DNA of 64,000 nt from an uncultured candidate division Zixibacteria bacterium (GCA_963735035.1 CAVTJJ010000006.1:32001-96000); one strand, 5' to 3'; positions 40,430-52,000 are shown, counted from the stretch's first letter. The notes: generated by a model from the letters alone, not told the origin. Translations and numbers: made by a program.

Positions 40430-42037
40430 ATGAATAGGCGAATTCTGATCATGCTGGCCGTCGCTCTGGGGATGACAACTTCGACCTGCGGTCAAGTCGC
40501 GGAGCAGCGCATCTCAGGCCGGGACTACAAAGTATACCGCCTCGCAGACTATGGTATCCAGGGAGACTCGGTTCACTCGGTGGATATGACTACCCGTCTG
40601 AAAGCTCTCTTGTCGGGAAAGCATGACGCCGCGTTTGTGGCCGACTCCGGGACAACATATATCTTCACGTACTCGGCGCCTGACTCGCTGGTAATCCCCG
40701 CGGGATGTGCCTGGCTCCAGTGCGGCGCCGCTATTCGCATCTACGGTCGCGGGCAATGCAAAGGGTTGGTGATCGGCGGGGATGATGTCCTCTTCGACGG
40801 TGGTGGTGGTTTGGTCTCGATCAAGCAGTCGGCGGCTATAACCGGGCATGGCGAGTACGGGGCGGCTGTTGCGGTGGGCAGCTACAACAACGGTACCGGT
40901 TACTCCCGCTGGACAATCCGGAACGGCACCTTTTCCACCGACAAGATCGACGGGGATTGTATTGCGGTGCTCGGCGGCTGCAAGGATTTTCTCATCGAGA
41001 ACGTCCACATTCCTGCCAACAGCGCGATGGGACGCGGCGTTCTATTACATTGGGGCGGCAACTCACTGGTAGACACGGTGGCCGGGCCGTTGGTAACAAA
41101 GCACCCGCACGACGGCAGTATCCGGAATGTCAAGGTCGATTCCCTGGGACACTCTGCCGGTGACGGGATATATCTCTCGTCTACCTGGAACATCAAGATT
41201 GACGGGGCGGAGTTGAAACACTGTAAGCGGGGTGTGATAGTCACCCCCGGTGATTTCGGTTTCTTCTACCAGGACACCGCCGACACTCATATAGGCTTCG
41301 CGTATGGACAGGGGATTAGTATTTCTCACGTTGCCGCGTCGTACTGCGAGGTTGGCGTGGAAGTCTCGGGATTCCCCAATCAAGTCAGACTCCCCGCCTC
41401 ACTAGACTCCATTGATATCCGTCAACCCGTAAGCATCTACGACTGCAATACCGTCGGTGACGGAACCAACAACGGCTACAAGTTCACCCACTGCGAGGCA
41501 GCGTCGCTGTTTACCAGTTCAGCAACAGGCCATGCCAACGGAGTGTATGTTGGCGAAGGCGCCGACAGCACGACTGTTTCTGGATGTGATCTTTACGATA
41601 ATACCGGGTACGGCATTTATCTATCGTCATCGATTGAATCCCCGGACATGACGTCGATCTGCCGGAATCGCATTTGGGGTAACCGGATGAACTCCGGTAT
41701 ATACCTGCGATATGCTCAACGAGTGTTTATAGAACATAACCTGATTGGTGATTCGACCGAAAACGGTTTTGGGAAACCGTCAGATCAGGATTATGGCATC
41801 TATGTTGACGGTTTGGACTCGGCCATGAGGGTTTACCTGGCCGGAAACAACATAAGAGACGCTCAGACGCGTTGTGCTATCAGGGTGAACAATCTCGCCA
41901 ATATCGCCTGGTGGTGTGATAATCGTTCTGAGTTGGACACTCTTCTTGTGAGTCACGGATCCAAGATAAAGCCTGAATCACTGGAGGCGAGTTGTCTTAA
42001 GGGCAACAAAGCCGGTCAGCGGGGTAGCTGCAAGTAG
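40430..42037 (+). CDS. Secreted right-handed parallel beta-helix (pectate-lyase/tailspike-like) protein
   Basis: Signal peptide; DYGIQGD..DMT start of pectate_lyase_3-like fold; GIYL/N-ladder repeats. Confidence 0.75.
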   Translation: MNRRILIMLAVALGMTTSTCGQVAEQRISGRDYKVYRLADYGIQGDSVHSVDMTTRLKALLSGKHDAAFVADSGTTYIFTYSAPDSLVIPAGCAWLQCGAAIRIYGRGQCKGLVIGGDDVLFDGGGGLVSIKQSAAITGHGEYGAAVAVGSYNNGTGYSRWTIRNGTFSTDKIDGDCIAVLGGCKDFLIENVHIPANSAMGRGVLLHWGGNSLVDTVAGPLVTKHPHDGSIRNVKVDSLGHSAGDGIYLSSTWNIKIDGAELKHCKRGVIVTPGDFGFFYQDTADTHIGFAYGQGISISHVAASYCEVGVEVSGFPNQVRLPASLDSIDIRQPVSIYDCNTVGDGTNNGYKFTHCEAASLFTSSATGHANGVYVGEGADSTTVSGCDLYDNTGYGIYLSSSIESPDMTSICRNRIWGNRMNSGIYLRYAQRVFIEHNLIGDSTENGFGKPSDQDYGIYVDGLDSAMRVYLAGNNIRDAQTRCAIRVNNLANIAWWCDNRSELDTLLVSHGSKIKPESLEASCLKGNKAGQRGSCK

Positions 42038-42065
42038 CAAAGCATTCTGGGATGGAAGCACTATC

Positions 42066-42125
42066 GATGGCATCGGCGATGCCTGTTGCTGCGTCGGCCT
42101 TGTTGGCGATGCTAACGGCTCCGGT
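42066..42125 (+). pseudogene. Orphan fragment of a TSP3-dockerin junction
   Basis: Translates [20 protein letters not shown], matching the junction in intact genes; truncated just before the att repeat. Confidence 0.7.
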
Positions 42126-42363
42126 GCTGGTTGTCACAGCAAGTCAAACGGGGGTTCAAATCCCCCCTTCGGCATTAAGTCTCGAATCCCTTGGTCCTCT
42201 TTAGCTTAGGGGGGGGGATAACTATCTGCCGTGGATCGGTCGGATAGGGCGTGATAAAGAACGGCTTTGGATAATGACGTCCGATCGCATATATTTCCTA
42301 AACAGAGACGAGAGTCCACAATTTTCATACCCGAGGGTCCGATCCGGACCGGAGGCATACTAT

Positions 42364-44673
42364 ATGAAGCGACTGTTCACGATCACTGCTATAGCCATGA
42401 CATTGCTCTGCTCTTCAGCCGCCTGGGCAGGTACTGTGACTGATATCGACGGCAATGTCTATCAGACCGTGACTATCGGTATCCAGGAATGGACGGTCGA
42501 GAATCTGAAGGTGACCCGCTATCGCAACGGCGATGCGATACCGAACGTGACCGATCCAGTCACCTGGAACGGTCTGTCCACCGGAGCTTGGTGCGAGTAT
42601 GATAACAACCCGGCCCTAGGTGCCGTTTACGGCAAGCTATACAACTGGTATGCCACAACTGACAGCCGCCATCTGGCGCCCGAGGGCTGGCATGTGCCGA
42701 CTCATGAAGATTGGGTGATGTTATTAGATTATCTAGGAGGTGAATTCCTCGCCGGACACAAGCTGAGAGAAGTGGGGACCGCTCACTGGACAGCCCCCAA
42801 CACCGGCGCCACCAACGAAGTCGGGTTTACCGCTTTGCCATGCGGCTATCGTACGGATATCGGTCAATTTGCAAATGATCGGGAGCTGGGCAAGTTCGCC
42901 TCGGTGACGGAACATTGGCTTTACACTGATAACAGTTGGGACCTGCAGATTCAAGCAAGCGTGCAGGCAGCAGTCCTATGGGTTTCTCTCAAGAAATACG
43001 GGCTGTCAGTTCGCCTGGTCAAAGATATGGCTGACACCGACGGCGACGGTGTCCCTGATCCACTGGACAACTGCCCGACCGTCCCCAATCCCTTGCAGGA
43101 GGACATGGACAGCGATGCGATCGGCGACGCCTGTGATCCCGATATCGACGGTGATGGAATCGCCAACGAAGCCGACAACTGCCCGACCGTGGCCAATCCT
43201 TTGCAGGAGGACACGGACAGCGATGCGGTCGGAGACGCCTGTGATCCCGATATCGATGGTGATGGAATCGCCAACGCCTTCGATAACTGCCCGACTGTCG
43301 CTAATCCCGACCAGATGGACATGGACAGCGATGGCCTGGGTGATGTGTGTGATCCGGATATAGATGGTGATGGAATCGACAATGCCTTCGATAACTGCCC
43401 GACCATCCCCAATCCCGACCAGATGGACACAGATGGCGATATGATAGGCGATGCCTGCGATCCCGACATCGACGGCGATGGCATAGACAATGCTTTCGAT
43501 AACTGCCCGACCGTCCCCAATCCCGATCAGTTGGATACGGACGGTGATGGACTGGGCGATGCCTGTGATCCCGATTGGGACGATGATGGAATTCCCAATG
43601 ATGTGGACAACTGTCGCTTTGTCGCGAACCCGCTTCAGACTGACACCGAAGGTGATGGTTTCGGCGACGCCTGCGACAATTGTAAGTATGTGTTCAACCC
43701 GGAACAGGCCGACTCTGATCTGGATGGGGTAGGCGACGTTTGCGACAACTGTCCATTCGTGCCCAATCCCGATCAGAAAGACACCGACGGTGATCTTATC
43801 GGCGATGCCTGCGAAGTTTCCTGTTGTGTCGACCGGGTTGGTGATGCCAACGGCCTCGGAGGCGATGAGCCGACCATTGGTGATGTTTCAGTTCTAATCG
43901 ATGCCAAGTTTATTACCGGGTCTTGTGACGGTATTTTGAACTGTCTGACTGAAGCCGACGTCAACCAATCCGGTGGGACGAACCCGATCTGCGATGACAT
44001 AACGATAGGTGATATATCGATCCTGATCGACTATCTGTTCATTACGGGGCAGTCGCTGGGGCTATCGGATTGTTTGTCAACTACGCTGACAGACATCGAT
44101 GGCAATGTGTATCAGATCATAACTATCGGCACACAGGTATGGATGGCCGAGAATCTGAGAGTCACGCATTACCGCAACGGCGAACCCATTCCTAACGTGT
44201 CCGATGGAGTCGAGTGGAACGGTCTCGCCACCGGAGCTTATTGCGAATACAACAACGACGTCAATAACGGCGCTATCTATGGCCGCCTGTACAACTGGTT
44301 CGCGGTCGGTGACAGCCGCAACCTGGCGCCGGAAGGCTGGCATATAGCGACCGATGCTGAGTGGCAGACGCTGGTTAATTATCTTGGCGGCGGCTCCGTC
44401 GCGGGCGGCAAGATGAAAGAAATAGGCACCTCACATTGGGTCAGCCCCAATACGGACGCCACCAACGAGAGCGGTTTCACCGCCCGGCCGACAGGCTACC
44501 GTGGCGGCGATGGCCCCTATTACTCGATTGGCTATCAGACCGGCTACTGGTCGGCCACCGAGTACATGAGTGATTCAGCCTGGAACTGGTTCATCAGGAA
44601 CTTTCGCGGCGAAATCCTTCACGACTACAGCGGAAAGCGGAGCGGCAATCCGGTGCGCTGTGTGAAGGACTAA
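42364..44673 (+). CDS. Secreted FISUMP (Fib_succ_major) - TSP3 repeats - dockerin-like - FISUMP protein
   Basis: Two TDIDGNVY..WxxENL..YGxLYNW..APEGWH..VRxVKD domains; internal dockerin-like 43822-44076; ATG follows GGAGG. Confidence 0.88.
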   Translation: MKRLFTITAIAMTLLCSSAAWAGTVTDIDGNVYQTVTIGIQEWTVENLKVTRYRNGDAIPNVTDPVTWNGLSTGAWCEYDNNPALGAVYGKLYNWYATTDSRHLAPEGWHVPTHEDWVMLLDYLGGEFLAGHKLREVGTAHWTAPNTGATNEVGFTALPCGYRTDIGQFANDRELGKFASVTEHWLYTDNSWDLQIQASVQAAVLWVSLKKYGLSVRLVKDMADTDGDGVPDPLDNCPTVPNPLQEDMDSDAIGDACDPDIDGDGIANEADNCPTVANPLQEDTDSDAVGDACDPDIDGDGIANAFDNCPTVANPDQMDMDSDGLGDVCDPDIDGDGIDNAFDNCPTIPNPDQMDTDGDMIGDACDPDIDGDGIDNAFDNCPTVPNPDQLDTDGDGLGDACDPDWDDDGIPNDVDNCRFVANPLQTDTEGDGFGDACDNCKYVFNPEQADSDLDGVGDVCDNCPFVPNPDQKDTDGDLIGDACEVSCCVDRVGDANGLGGDEPTIGDVSVLIDAKFITGSCDGILNCLTEADVNQSGGTNPICDDITIGDISILIDYLFITGQSLGLSDCLSTTLTDIDGNVYQIITIGTQVWMAENLRVTHYRNGEPIPNVSDGVEWNGLATGAYCEYNNDVNNGAIYGRLYNWFAVGDSRNLAPEGWHIATDAEWQTLVNYLGGGSVAGGKMKEIGTSHWVSPNTDATNESGFTARPTGYRGGDGPYYSIGYQTGYWSATEYMSDSAWNWFIRNFRGEILHDYSGKRSGNPVRCVKD
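43033..43815 (+). repeat. TSP type 3 tandem repeats (about five to six 108-bp units, then 69-bp units)
   Basis: [36 protein letters not shown] period of 36 aa. Confidence 0.85.
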
Positions 44674-44752
44674 GATTGTGTGCTGTTTGTCTTGACTGTG
44701 AACATTAAGTGGAAACAGGTAGACTCGAACGGCCGAACCTGTGGCCCCTGGC

Positions 44753-46860
44753 CTATCGGCACTCTATCGCTTTCAGCTCCGGGTATTGTTGTTGAAGTCC
44801 ACAGACGACAATCGTGTCAAGTCCCAGACCTAAAGCGCGGTGTGTAGCGTCCCTGGCTGAGGCGAAGTTGCCATCTTTCAAGAAGACTTCGATCGCCAGA
44901 TTCAATATCCGGGCGGAAGCTTGTTCCTTCGCTGCCTGAACGATTACTTCAGACTCAAGTTTCTTCAGATCATCGGGTCTGGTCTTGGGGTCGTAAAGCA
45001 GCCTGAGGAATTCATAGGGGCGGAAGTCACCGGGCACTACTCCTTTGCTCGCAGCCAGTACTCCTCAGCCAACTGGTTTTGTCCGGTGGAGAAATAGCAC
45101 ATGGCCAGATGGTGATAAACGTTCTCACTGAATGGATTCAATCCATCGGCGATCTGCAAACACGCGATGGCCGAATCATACTGCTGCGTCCGGTAATAGC
45201 AGATGGCCAGATTGCTCCACGCATTGTGAAAGCTCGGATATCGCTTAAGGAGTTGACGATAACGTTCCGTGGCCGCTGCAAATTCGCGTCGGTTCATCAT
45301 CTGTTGTGCTTCGACGTCCATCAATTCAAATTGGGCCGTCTTCTCATTGGCAGTGCGCCGACGTTCCGCTTCGGCATGATCTCCCCGCTGTTCGAGATAG
45401 CGAAGCATTAGAAATCGACCACCGGCACACTTGAAAATGTCAAAATTGGAGTAATTATCGAACATGGCGATGGCCGAGTCGGGGATCGCCTGGCAGGCCA
45501 CCCGCGGCACTATCATGGTTAGTCCCAGGACCGCCACCAGACCGGCCGCCCTCAGCGTGGCGGTCGTCCGTCCCCCCGAATCAAGGGCAGCCAACAATAT
45601 GAGAAATGTTAGCGGGATGCCCGCAAAGCAAAACATGTCCCAGTCTCGTGGCATACCGAGTTTCGGATCGAACAACATGACAATGCCAAAGGAGGCGGCC
45701 ACCTGAAGCGCAAGGAAGAGATACTCGGGCAACTTGAACATGAACCTCGCACCGATTATCACCATGATTCCCAGGAGAATTCCCGGTTGATATTGCCAGA
45801 TCAGATTGAACAGATCGACAAGGTGCTTAGCGCCGAACATCGAGTACCCTTCAATGGTGAATCGATCTTCAACGAAGGGGACGATGGCAAAGCGGAAGAA
45901 GTAATCGGTAGTGTAGATCCGGATGAAGATTGCCATCCCCGTGGCAAGCAAGACCAGGACGGCGGCCAGCTTGAGCCACCAGGCTCGCGCGGCCACCCAT
46001 CTGCCGACAGGGGTCCGTTGGGTCATCAGGTAAACAGCCGGCGCAACCAGGGCCGCCGAGAAGGGATGGAGCGGAATCGCCGTGGCCAGCGGTAGAAGTA
46101 TCCACCAGCGGGCGACCTTCCCTCGTGCGGCCAGCATGCCGAGAAGCGTGAAAGCCGTCACTACCAGTATAAACACCGGATAGTTTTCGACATAACCGAA
46201 GAACACCAGCATGTATCCGCCGGATAACGCTCCGAGAAAGAACAGCAGGCGAGCCAGGTTGAGCTCGAACAGTCGCCACGCCGCCCAAAGGGTCAACACC
46301 AGGAAGAAGAAGCCGCTCACGTACGAAATGAGCTGAAAAGTGACCAGGGCACTGTGCACCCCGTCGCCGCCGAGTAGATTGTATACCCACCCCTGAATCC
46401 AGTACACAGCCGGGTTCCAGGGCCTGATCGGAGACGTACCCTCAGCCAAACGGTACAGCAGTTGAAAGCCATCACCTAGGAAATGCGTGCGGGCGCTGAA
46501 AAGAACAAACGAAGCAAACATAAGAGCGCCGATCACCACCGCCCACCTGAAGGTCGATCTGCCGGCAGAATCGGCGGCTGAAACCTTGCGCCCCACCCTG
46601 GATTTGTATTTGATAGCCGTCAGAAACAAAGGAGCTGATATCACTGGCAGAAGGGCCATGATGCGCAAGTTCCAGTCAGCGTATGCGTACCAGTTCAGAC
46701 CCCATATTCTCGCCTGAGGGAAAAGTGAAGCCACCGCGATTGCCAACACACTGACCGCATAGATGGCCACAAATACAGAATATCGACTAGTCCAGGTTGT
46801 CGGCACGCTCGGAATACCTATCGGATCAAATAAGTATGAATATAACCTCAACTGGATCAT
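44753..46860 (-). CDS. Polytopic GT-C-like membrane protein with C-terminal TPRs; one frameshift at ~45038
   Basis: HFLGDG, GYVENY and PRDWD motifs; TPR AWSNLA..YHHLA. The 94-aa downstream ORF continues the TPR in the next frame. Confidence 0.7.
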
Positions 46861-47321
46861 CGGTCAAGGGGCACTCTGCCAGCAGAAGGCCCGGTAATTA
46901 TCTCGGGTCCGGTTGGAATCCAGGGTGATAAGCCGCGGCGTCGAAAACGGGCGTTGCTCCGATCAGGCTCGTCTGCCGGGTTTCTAGTATCGGAGGAATG
47001 ATCGAGACTGTGTGCGATCATTCACGGTGGTTCCGTACACGTTGGCAAAGACCAGACAGATGTCGCCGAATAGTTCTTTTGCGTAATTGCCCCCCACACG
47101 GGGTATCTAACACAATTTCATTGGCGGAGTTGCGCCCCGGAAAATCACTCTTATCCACGTCAACTCGCTCGCAACCCGATGCCACTTTGCATAGCAGAAG
47201 TGAAGCCGTCTGCAGACGGAAAAATCTTCCGAATTGTCCAATTCTTTTCGTAAACCCGGCTTTCATAGTCTTGCTGACAATCGTTAAAGTACGCCTTTAA
47301 CCTCAAGCCATTCTCAATCCT

Positions 47322-47337
47322 TGGCAGCGAAATTGCC
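47322..47337 (+). promoter_or_regulatory. Possible sigma54 promoter
   Basis: TGGCAGCGAAATTGCC (GG-N10-GC); quasi-palindromic. Confidence 0.4.
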
Positions 47338-47382
47338 TTCCAATCTTCTGGATCACTATATGCGCGAGAGGATGGTACGAGC

Positions 47383-47640
47383 ATGAATGCGGTCACGAAG
47401 TTCTCCATTTGGAAAAATTCGATTTTGCTGGCCGGTTTCATTCTAATTGAAGTTCTCGGAATCGGGCCGATTGCCAAGTTTCGGGTCGGAGATTGCTACG
47501 ACCTTTTTACCGGAACGGGTGCGCCGGTCTTCTGGCTGGTCGTCTATGCTCTCTTCTTCCTGATCTGGCCGGTGATTGATCTTCTCGCGATCATCCTTAA
47601 ACCACGAGTAACAGTGAACAATTACGGTTTCCCCGGCTAG
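47383..47640 (+). CDS. Small two-TM membrane protein
   Basis: 85 aa, two hydrophobic segments, GAGGA upstream. Confidence 0.55.
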   Translation: MNAVTKFSIWKNSILLAGFILIEVLGIGPIAKFRVGDCYDLFTGTGAPVFWLVVYALFFLIWPVIDLLAIILKPRVTVNNYGFPG

Positions 47641-47815
47641 TTGCCCCTCGAATGAGTAGCCTCGTACCAGCCAATCACTTCTGGTCCTGCGATGGGAGCC
47701 GCCGAGGCAAGATCCTGATCCAATCACGGTCCCACCTGGGCCTTGCTTAATTCCGAGAACAAAGCTATTTAGTGGTGGTTCTTAATCCTTGAGAGACAGA
47801 TCGTAGAGGAAACCC

Positions 47816-48868
47816 GTGTCAAGATTATTGTCGATTGCCACCGCAGTTCCGCCACACAAATTGGACCAGGGTGAAGCACAGACCTTCGCCGGTCGGATGT
47901 TTGGGAGCCGTCTGGCCGATGTGGATCGTCTGCTGCCGTTGTTTGACGGCGCTGGAATCGAGACACGCTATTTCTCGGTGCCGTTGGAATGGTTTGGCGA
48001 GCCGCATGAGCTGGACGAGAAGAACAAGTTGTACATTCAGTCGGCGACCGATTTGGGAGCGCAGGCGTCGCGACAAGTCATGAAACAGACAGGCACAGCC
48101 CCCGAACAAATCGACTACATCATCTATGTCAACACTACCGGTCTGGCGACTCCGTCGATCGATGCGCGGCTGATCAATGTGCTGGGTCTCCGCACGGATA
48201 TTCGACGCACTCCTATCTGGGGTCTCGGTTGCGCCGGGGGCGCAGCGGGATTGGCTCATGCCCATCACTATCTCCTGGGACATCCGGATCATCGGGTGTT
48301 GCTGGTTTCGGTCGAGCTCTGCGGGTTGACCTTCATTCACGATGATTATTCCAAGAGCAATCTGGTCGCTTGTGCTCTGTTTGGCGAGGGAGCAGCGGCA
48401 GCAATTCTCTGTGGAGATCAAGTCGAATCGGGCGGCCTGGAAATACTCGCGACCCAATCGAAGTTCTATCCTGATTCGCTTAGCGTGATGGGCTGGAATA
48501 TCGTATCACGAGGTATGCAGGTGGTATTCGACAAACGGATTCCGGACATTGTCGCCGAGCACGCCGCTGGTGACCTCGATCAGTTTCTTTCAGAGCATCA
48601 GTTGAAGAAAGGCGACATCTCGCAATTTCTGTATCACCCTGGCGGGACCAAAGTGATTGGCGCATACGAGACAGCCTACGGAGTAAACGGGAATCGGTTC
48701 GATTTCTCCAAGGGGGTCCTAAAGGATTTCGGCAATATGTCTTCGGTGACCGTTTTGTTTGTGATCTCGCGCTATCTCGAGAATCGAGAAGCAACAGGCT
48801 CGAAATATGGAGTCATTTCGGCCCTTGGGCCGGGGTTCTGCTCGGAGACACTCTTAGTCAGGCTCTGA
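47816..48868 (+). CDS. Type III polyketide synthase (chalcone synthase-like)
   Basis: Cys-His-Asn triad: GLGCAGG, HPGG, GNMSS; ALFGEG, GPGF. Confidence 0.93.
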   Translation: MSRLLSIATAVPPHKLDQGEAQTFAGRMFGSRLADVDRLLPLFDGAGIETRYFSVPLEWFGEPHELDEKNKLYIQSATDLGAQASRQVMKQTGTAPEQIDYIIYVNTTGLATPSIDARLINVLGLRTDIRRTPIWGLGCAGGAAGLAHAHHYLLGHPDHRVLLVSVELCGLTFIHDDYSKSNLVACALFGEGAAAAILCGDQVESGGLEILATQSKFYPDSLSVMGWNIVSRGMQVVFDKRIPDIVAEHAAGDLDQFLSEHQLKKGDISQFLYHPGGTKVIGAYETAYGVNGNRFDFSKGVLKDFGNMSSVTVLFVISRYLENREATGSKYGVISALGPGFCSETLLVRL

Positions 48869-48972
48869 CCAAGGGTAATAGGTGGCAAAAGGGCCGCTTC
48901 TAGGTGGCTCGCCCGCATAGGTACCTGCCTGTAACACAAGTTGTTACGCTGTTATAGCACTGTAACAAGACG

Positions 48973-48988
48973 TGGCACGATGGTTGCA
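48973..48988 (+). promoter_or_regulatory. sigma54 -24/-12 promoter
   Basis: TGGCACGATGGTTGCA, perfect consensus. Confidence 0.8.
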
Positions 48989-49024
48989 GTAATCATCCGG
49001 CTACGCTATGGATAGAAAATTCAA

Positions 49025-52000
49025 ATGAGGAAGACCATGACAAAAGGTATTGACAAGCAACTGGCCGCCATAGTTCAAATGGCTGTGGTTCTGCTGGTTA
49101 CAGTGGCTATTGGACAGCCGGCCCTGGCCCAGACCCCGGGACTATCCGGTCTATCGATAACATCGTCTTTGGGAACTAACTCGGTCGACGATGCAATTCA
49201 ATGCACATACACGCTAAACGGCTCGGCGACGACCGCCGCGGTGGCCTGGTACCGAAACACCCAGCCGGCCATGACCTTGTATATGCCTTTTGAAGGCGGC
49301 GCGACGGTCGGTCTGCAGGACTTCTCCGGCCGTGGCATGACTCCGGTCGCTTTTGGCGCGCCCACCTGGTCGGCGACTGCCGGGCGTGGCTCTACCGGGG
49401 CGTTTCAGTTTGCCGGATCGAGCTACATCAACGCCGGCAACGCCTTTCCGACGAGCTCCTCCTATTCAGTGGTATTGTGGGCCTATCCGACGAGCCTGGT
49501 CCAAACGATGGTTCCGCTGGGCAGCAGCGCCGCAAGTTCACCCGGCCATTCGCTGCGAATTGGTCTCGACGGCAAATTGACCGCCGGACACAACGGCAAC
49601 TGGCGTATCGTCACGACCGGCACAGGCGAAATCCTGATCAACAACTGGTACCTGCTTGGCGTGACCTATGACAATACTACGCATGCTATGACTCTGTACA
49701 AGAACGGCCAGCCTGTTGACACCGCGATTGTAGCCCCTTCGGAAATGGTCGTCAACGATGCCACGGTTCAGATCGGTGCGCTGCAGGGGATAGGCCTGTT
49801 TCGCGGCACTCTCGACGATGTACGCATTTACAACGCCGTCATAACTCCCGAACAGATGGCGGTGCTGTACGCGGCTGGCGGGCAGAATAGAATCTCCTCG
49901 AGGGAGAATCATGTTGGCGATGTCTGGGAGGCGCGGGTGACGCCGTTCTCGTCCTCAGCGGCGGGGACGACTGTAGCGAGCAATGACATCACTATCGTTG
50001 CGACTTCACCTGTGATAACGAGTACCGCTGTGACTGCCGGGATAGCCGGGAAGAAGTACAGCTACGAAGCCGATGCTACCGGTGGACCGCGCCCGACTTT
50101 CTCACTCTTGTCCGGTCCGACCGGAATGACGATTGATGCCGCCACCGGGCTGGTGACGTGGACGGCGACGACCGAAGGGAGCTACCCGGTTTCAATTTCG
50201 GCCGACAACAGCCAGGGGACCAATATACAGAGTTATAGCATCACGGTAGTGGCCCCGTCGGTGGGCGTGGCCAATGTGGTCATATCCGCCAATGCGGGTG
50301 GCGACCTTCAATCGTCTAACAGCCTTACCTTGAACGCGACGACTTCAGCCACCGCCTGGCTGAAGAACGGCCAGCCTTTGATGAGTCTGTTTATGCCGGC
50401 TGAGGGCGGTTCCAAATACGCTCTTGAGGATTATTCCGGCAGCGACCGGACACCCGTTGCTATAGGCAACCCGGTGTGGATGCCGACCGGCGGACGCGAC
50501 GGACACGGCGCCTGGCAGTTCGACGGGAGCAGCTATATCTTCGCCGGTAATTTCTTTCCGCTTCATTCATCGTACACCAAGGCGGCCTGGATCTATCATA
50601 CCGTCAGTGGTGAGTTCAATCACATCTTGTCCAGTTGGGACCACAACATTACCGGCACCGAAGGCCATGGGATGCGGGTCAGCTTTGACAATCGCCTGAG
50701 CGCCGGACAAAACGGTGATTGGCGTATTGTGCAGAGCGCTGCCGGGGCGATTTCACAGAATCGCTGGTATTTCGCCGCGGTGACTTTCAACTATGCCACC
50801 AGCGAAATGACTCTCTATATCGACGGTGTCCCGGTAGACACGACCATTGTCGACGCCGCTCATCGGGATGTCTCCGACGCCGGCGTTCTGGTCGGCGCCA
50901 CCCAGGGAGCTTTCGCCTGGAAAGGCATGCTCGACGACGTTCGACTGTACAATTACTCTCTGACCCCGCAGCAGATTCAGAACCTGTACACAGCCGGGGG
51001 AAGCCGCATACTGGCATCCGATACGCAAGACGGCCAGACCTGGCAGAGTCAAGTGACCGGTTTCTCGAGTACTGAAGCGAGCGTGCCGTTTGCATCCAAT
51101 GTTCTGACAATCGGTGTCACCAACCAGCCGCCGGTACTTGCGACAATCGGACCGCGTTCGGTGCAAGAGACCTCAACGCTAACCTTTACGGTTTCGGCCT
51201 CCGATCCTGACGCGACCGTGCCAACCCTTTCGGCGACTCCGCTGCCTACAAATGCAACGTTCGTAGATGCCCACAACGGCACCGGCTCGTTCAGCTTTAC
51301 GCCGTCGTATACTCAGGCAGGAACTTATAATATCTGGTTCATTGCGAGCGATGGTCAGGCGGCGGATTCTGAACTCGTCGCAATAACCGTAAGCAATTTG
51401 AACCGACCGCCGGTATTAGCGACTATAGGAAGTCAGACCGTGGCGGAAGGATCAGTCCTCAGCCTCCTGGTATCAGCAAGTGATCCGGATGGCGACGCGA
51501 TGGTAATGTCGACCGGGACGCTTCCGGCCAATGCCAATTTCGTGGATGGCGGCAGTGGTCAGGGGACTCTGACTTTTGCACCGTCTTATCTGCAGGCGGG
51601 TATCTACAACGTCTGGTTCCGCGTATTCGATCCGGCCATGGCGGGTGATTCGGAATTGGTCCAGATTACGGTCACCGATACCCCACAGAACGCTCTGTGG
51701 TTGGCGACTTTCAATGTCCAGGGCCAGACGGTCGGGTCGGCAGTTACTACTGCCGACGTGCAGCTTGGAGTCCAGATGTCGGCACAAATGTCCTGGGCGA
51801 GTCCGGCACCGCCGCAGTATACGGCGGCACTGGCCATCCGTGACGCCGACAGCGGCGGGCCGTATTTCCGCGACGTGCGCAAGTTCGGCGGCGAGTGCTA
51901 CTACTGGGTGCTCGAAATCGATCCACACGGCAATGTCGCGCCACCGACAACCAGTCGTTGCGCCACTCTCAGTTGGAATCCGGCCGAATTCAGCCCCGAC

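Larger units (their letters stand above)
40151..42175. mobile_element. tRNA-Leu-anchored genomic islet bounded by 26-bp direct repeats (attL/attR-like); no integrase
   Basis: GGGGGTTCAAATCCCCCCTTCGGCAT at 40151-40176 and 42150-42175. Confidence 0.75.

Noticed and set aside
40380..40430. c-di-GMP riboswitch suggested by ACGCAAA
   Set aside because: The GNRA-capped P2 stem and receptor elements could not be built.
42150..42175. Second tRNA gene
   Set aside because: Only the T-arm and 3' acceptor strand are present; treated as an att repeat.
42209..42217. G9 tract as a phase-variation switch
   Set aside because: Lies upstream of the likely promoter, can pair with the preceding pyrimidines, and homopolymer lengths are unreliable in this assembly.
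43033..43815. Regular repeats as a CRISPR array
   Set aside because: In-frame 108/69-bp degenerate coding repeats (TSP3), no unique spacers, no cas genes; the same applies to 54838-55215.
42364..44673. Complete DGR in the window
   Set aside because: No reverse transcriptase, Avd or template repeat; differences between the two FISUMP ends are not adenine-restricted.
45030..45045. Amber readthrough (pyrrolysine) at the TAG ending the 607-aa ORF
   Set aside because: The continuation is in a different frame, so it is an indel, not readthrough.
46998..47300. 100-aa ORF after GGAGGA
   Set aside because: The SD abuts the ATG and the product has no recognisable features; overlapping ORFs on both strands are equally weak.
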